From assembly GCA_964626665.1 (NCBI GenBank), contig CAZVGK010000019.1, forward strand, positions 1 to 63,904: 63,904 bases of DNA, given 5' to 3'. The translations under genes were made by a program, and so were the position numbers. Below, piece after piece: positions 60,558 to 63,904 of the stretch. The notes beneath the pieces were generated by a model. That model did no database searches. It saw only the letters and a program-made list of their open reading frames with translations, and had not been told where the DNA came from. Numbering within the stretch: the stretch's first letter is position 1; every line of letters begins with the position of its first letter. The stretch is from an uncultured Gemmatimonadota bacterium. GTDB lineage: Bacteria > SM23-81 > DAOVCL01.

Positions 60558-63458
60558 ATGAGACTTAGCTTGAGCAGTGAGCGGAGAACTGTTCAAAATC
60601 CCCTCCTTCGCTACGCTACGGAGATGGGTTGGGAGTATCTGCCCCCTGAGGAGGCCCTCCGGCTGCGAAGGGGTGAGGTCAGCCCCATCTTGTGGGATGT
60701 CTTCATGGGGAAGGTCCAGCAGCTCAACCCGGACACGGTAGATCATATCAAGGCCGAAGAGGTGGGCAAGAGGCTCATCCGCGTTCGGCCAAATGTTGAG
60801 GGGAACCTTGAGGCATGGGAATATCTTACAGGTCTGAAGACTGTCTTTGTAGAGACTGAGCGGCGGGAGCGCAACCTCCGGCTTCTGGATTTCCATAACC
60901 TCCATCGCAACGTTTTTCAAGTAACCGACGAATACTCCTTTACCAACGGGGTCTACACCATCCGTGCCGATGTGATCTTCCTCATCAATGGAGTCCCCAT
61001 CATACTGATAGAGACCAAAGCGGCTACCAAACTGGAGGGCATAGCCGAAGCTCTGGCCCAGGTGCGCCGTTACCACCGGGAGACACCGGAGTTGCTGGCG
61101 CTGATGCAGGTGTTTGGGCTAACCCACCTTGTGCAGTATTACTACGGGGTCACCTGGAATCTCTCCGCCAAGAACCTCTTTAACTGGAAGGAAGAGGCGA
61201 CAGGCCGTGATTTCGAAACCTTAGTGAAGACATTTGTAGCCCCTGAACGGGTGCTGCGCGCGCTCAGGGATTTCATCCTCTTTACTCACAAGGATGACGA
61301 ACTGCAGAAGGTCATCCTACGGCCACACCAAATGAGGGCAGTGGAACGTTCGCTTAAGCGTTGTGCGCACCCGGTGAAGCGTCGCGGCCTCATCTGGCAT
61401 ACCCAGGGCTCAGGTAAGACCTACACAATGATCACCATTGCCAAGCGGCTGATTGAAGAGCCTGGCTTTGAAAATCCAACGGTGCTTATGTTGGTGGACC
61501 GCAACGAGTTGGAAACCCAACTTTTCGGCAATTTGGCTTCAATGTTGAGTATCGGCCAGGTGGAGGTGGCCCGGAGCAAAGCCCATCTGCGAAGGTTGTT
61601 GAGGAGCGACCGCCGAGGGCTCATCATATCTATGGTCCACAAGTTTGATGATATGCCTGCTGACCTTAACCTACGGGAAAACATCTTTGTCCTGGTTGAC
61701 GAGGCCCACAGAAGCACGGGCGGCGAACTGGGTAATTACCTGATGGGCACCCTCCCCAACGCCACCTACTTGGGCTTTACAGGCACGCCCATTGACAAGA
61801 CCGCCTACGGCAAGGGGACTTTCAAGGTCTTCGGTGTGGATGACCCAGCTCCGGGGTATTTAGACAAATATTCCATTGCCGAGTCGATCGAAGACGGCAC
61901 TACCGTAGCGCTCTATTATTCGCTTGCCCCAAACGAGCTTAGGGTAGATCGGGATACCCTGGAGCGAGAATTTCTTGACTTAGTAGATGCCGAGGGGGTA
62001 AACGATATAGAAGACTTGAATCGAATACTGGATAGGGCCGTAACGCTGAAGAATATGCTCAAAAACCGCCAGCGGGTGCAGCGCATAGCCAAGTATGTGG
62101 CCCAGCACTTCACGCAAGCCGTTGAGCCAATGGGTTACAAGGCTTTTCTGGTTGGAGTAGACCGAGAGGCATGTTGTCTGCTGAAGCAAGCCTTAGATGA
62201 ATATCTGCCACCTGAATATTCGCGAGTGGTGATCAGCGCCAGTCATAACGATCCACCAGAGATAGCTCAGTTCCGCCTCTCGAAGAGAGGAGAGAAGCGC
62301 ATCCGAAAGGCATTCCGCAAGCCAAATGAGCTCCCGAAGATGCTCATCGTCACCGAGAAGTTGCTCACTGGGTATGACGCTCCCATTCTCTACTGTATGT
62401 ATTTGGATAAGCCTATGCGCGACCATGTGCTTTTGCAGGCCATTGCCAGGGTCAACCGGCCTTACGAAGACGAGAACGGCAAACACAAACCCGGTGGCTT
62501 TGTATTGGACTTTGTGGGCATCTTCGAGAAGCTCGAAAAGGCATTGGCCTTCGACTCAAAGGATGTCCAGAGTGTCATAGAGGGGGTGGATAAACTTTGG
62601 GCGCGCTTCATCCAGATGATGAGCCAAGGGAGAGATCAATACCTTATTGTGATACGGGAGAAGAAAGCGGACAAGGCGGCAGAGGCTGCGCTTGATGAAT
62701 TCCGCGACGAGGAGAAGCGACAGGCCTTTTATCGTTTCTTTAAAGAACTTGAGGACCTCTACGAGATCCTCTCCCCTAATCCGGCGTTGCGAGATTTCTT
62801 GGAGGACTATAATAGGTTAGCTGGTCTTTATGCGCTGCTCCGCTCGGCCTATGAGGGTGGGAAACCGACCGACCAAGAACTGGCCAAGAAGACCGCTTAC
62901 CTGGTGCAGAAGTACACAAAGGGGAAGAAAATACTGGATGCTGTTACAATCTATGAGATCACCCCCAAGACCTTGGAGCAGATCTCGCAGAGCAATCAGC
63001 CGAAAACGATCAAAGTGTTCAACCTTCTAAAGAGCATTGCCAAGAAAGTTAAGGAGGACGCAGGTGGTGCACCGTACCTGTTTTCCATTGGTGAACGAGC
63101 AGAAGCTATCGTGGAAGCTTTCAAACAGCGCCAGATCTCTACTCAAGAGGCTTTGAGTAAATTGGAGGAGCTGATTCGCCAAATCAACGAGGCCGAACAA
63201 GAACAAGCAGAGCGAGGGATATCCGGGGGACCCTTCGCCATTTTCTGGTTACTTAAGCAAGGGGGAGTGTCTGTGCGTGAGGCAGAATCCGTGGCGGCAG
63301 ATATGGCAAGGATTTTGGATAACTATCCCCATTGGCGCACCAGCGCTTAGCAGGAGAGAAGGGTTCGCCGTGAGCTTTACAGCCATCTGCAGGGGCTTGG
63401 TCTTCAAAATATCCCGGAGGTAGTCAAAAACATCTTGGCAATAGTGGGGAGAAAGTGA
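60558..63458 (+). CDS. hsdR: Type I restriction enzyme R subunit, in-frame TAG at 63348-63350
   Basis: D...NG.P...ETK, WHTQGSGKT, DEAH, FTGTP, LTGYDAP, QAIARVNR. The frame stays open 35 codons past the TAG to a TGA overlapping the next GTG. Confidence 0.9.
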
Positions 63459-63796
63459 AAGAGATCCAAAGTGCCATTCGCCGGCCTCTGGAGGAAAGCG
63501 TGCCGCTGGGTGTGTTGAAAGCGGAAATTGAGGGGTGGGCCCAGCGGATAGGTGTGAAACCGCGGGAGATTCGGGTCCAACCGATGAGACGCAAGTGGGC
63601 CAGTTGTTCAGGCCGCGGCCGCCTGACTTTTAATACGGGACTGTTAAAGCAGCCGGCCCGTTTTCGGGCGAGAGTGATCGTGCACGAACTGCTCCATCTC
63701 AAAGTGCCCAATCACGGAAAGCTATTCAAGGCCTTATTTGGGGCGTTGCTTCCCCAAGAGGATCAAGGAAAGCCTATTCAAGCCCGGAGGGATTGA
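63455..63796 (+). CDS. M48/YgjP-like zinc metalloprotease domain protein
   Basis: MRRKWASCS, VIVHELLHL..PNHG..F; usual partner downstream of hsdR. Confidence 0.85.
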   Translation: MKEIQSAIRRPLEESVPLGVLKAEIEGWAQRIGVKPREIRVQPMRRKWASCSGRGRLTFNTGLLKQPARFRARVIVHELLHLKVPNHGKLFKALFGALLPQEDQGKPIQARRD

Positions 63797-63904
63797 GGGG
63801 TCAGGTCTTGCTTTTTGCTCTTTAGATGGCAGAGTAGAACAACCTTTCTAGCGGATCTTCCAGAGGCGATTTCACCGTAACTCTCTGATGATTAAGAGGA
63901 AAAC

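Noticed and set aside
48037-63796. Genome-wide TAG reassignment
   Set aside because: ahcY, mnmE, TPM, DUF3368, the radical SAM gene and the AlbA gene end at TAG at expected lengths.

Overview
Bacterial chromosomal window spanning the replication origin. Gene orientation and strand G/C bias flip at about 21-23 kb. The organism is a diderm (LptF) and probably FCB-related, inferred from a T9SS-type C-terminal sorting-motif remnant. Left arm (minus strand): an AT-rich SNF2 helicase split by an IS1634 element (13-bp TIRs, 6-bp TSD); a Na+-type V/A-ATPase operon lacking subunit D; bactofilin plus a degenerate M23; parB-parA-rsmG (with an internal parS)-mnmE-jag-yidC-yidD-rnpA-rpmH. Centre: dnaA flanked by DnaA-box clusters, with no dnaN. 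Right arm: ahcY, CN-hydrolase, TPM, lptF, M23, a 6S-RNA-like candidate, ALDH-lat, TA modules, an AmrB-AmrA fusion, an ATP-grasp protein, a proline/sarcosine dehydrogenase-like cluster interrupted by a radical SAM-HhH gene, ppx and a TPR protein. From about 47.9 kb to the end lies a defence island: IIG-like N6-MTase, OLD nuclease, YhcG, PLD-SNF2 helicase, AlbA-domain ATPase, HsdR and M48. Three observations stand out. (1) The 3' end of the MTase gene recurs three times as a direct repeat, bracketing an OLD-nuclease cassette and a small-RNA-like cassette. (2) Two island genes each carry one in-frame TAG and the MTase carries a frameshift. (3) Intergenic DNA holds several families of dispersed palindromic/MITE-like repeats. 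All calls come from reading the sequence; no searches were run.
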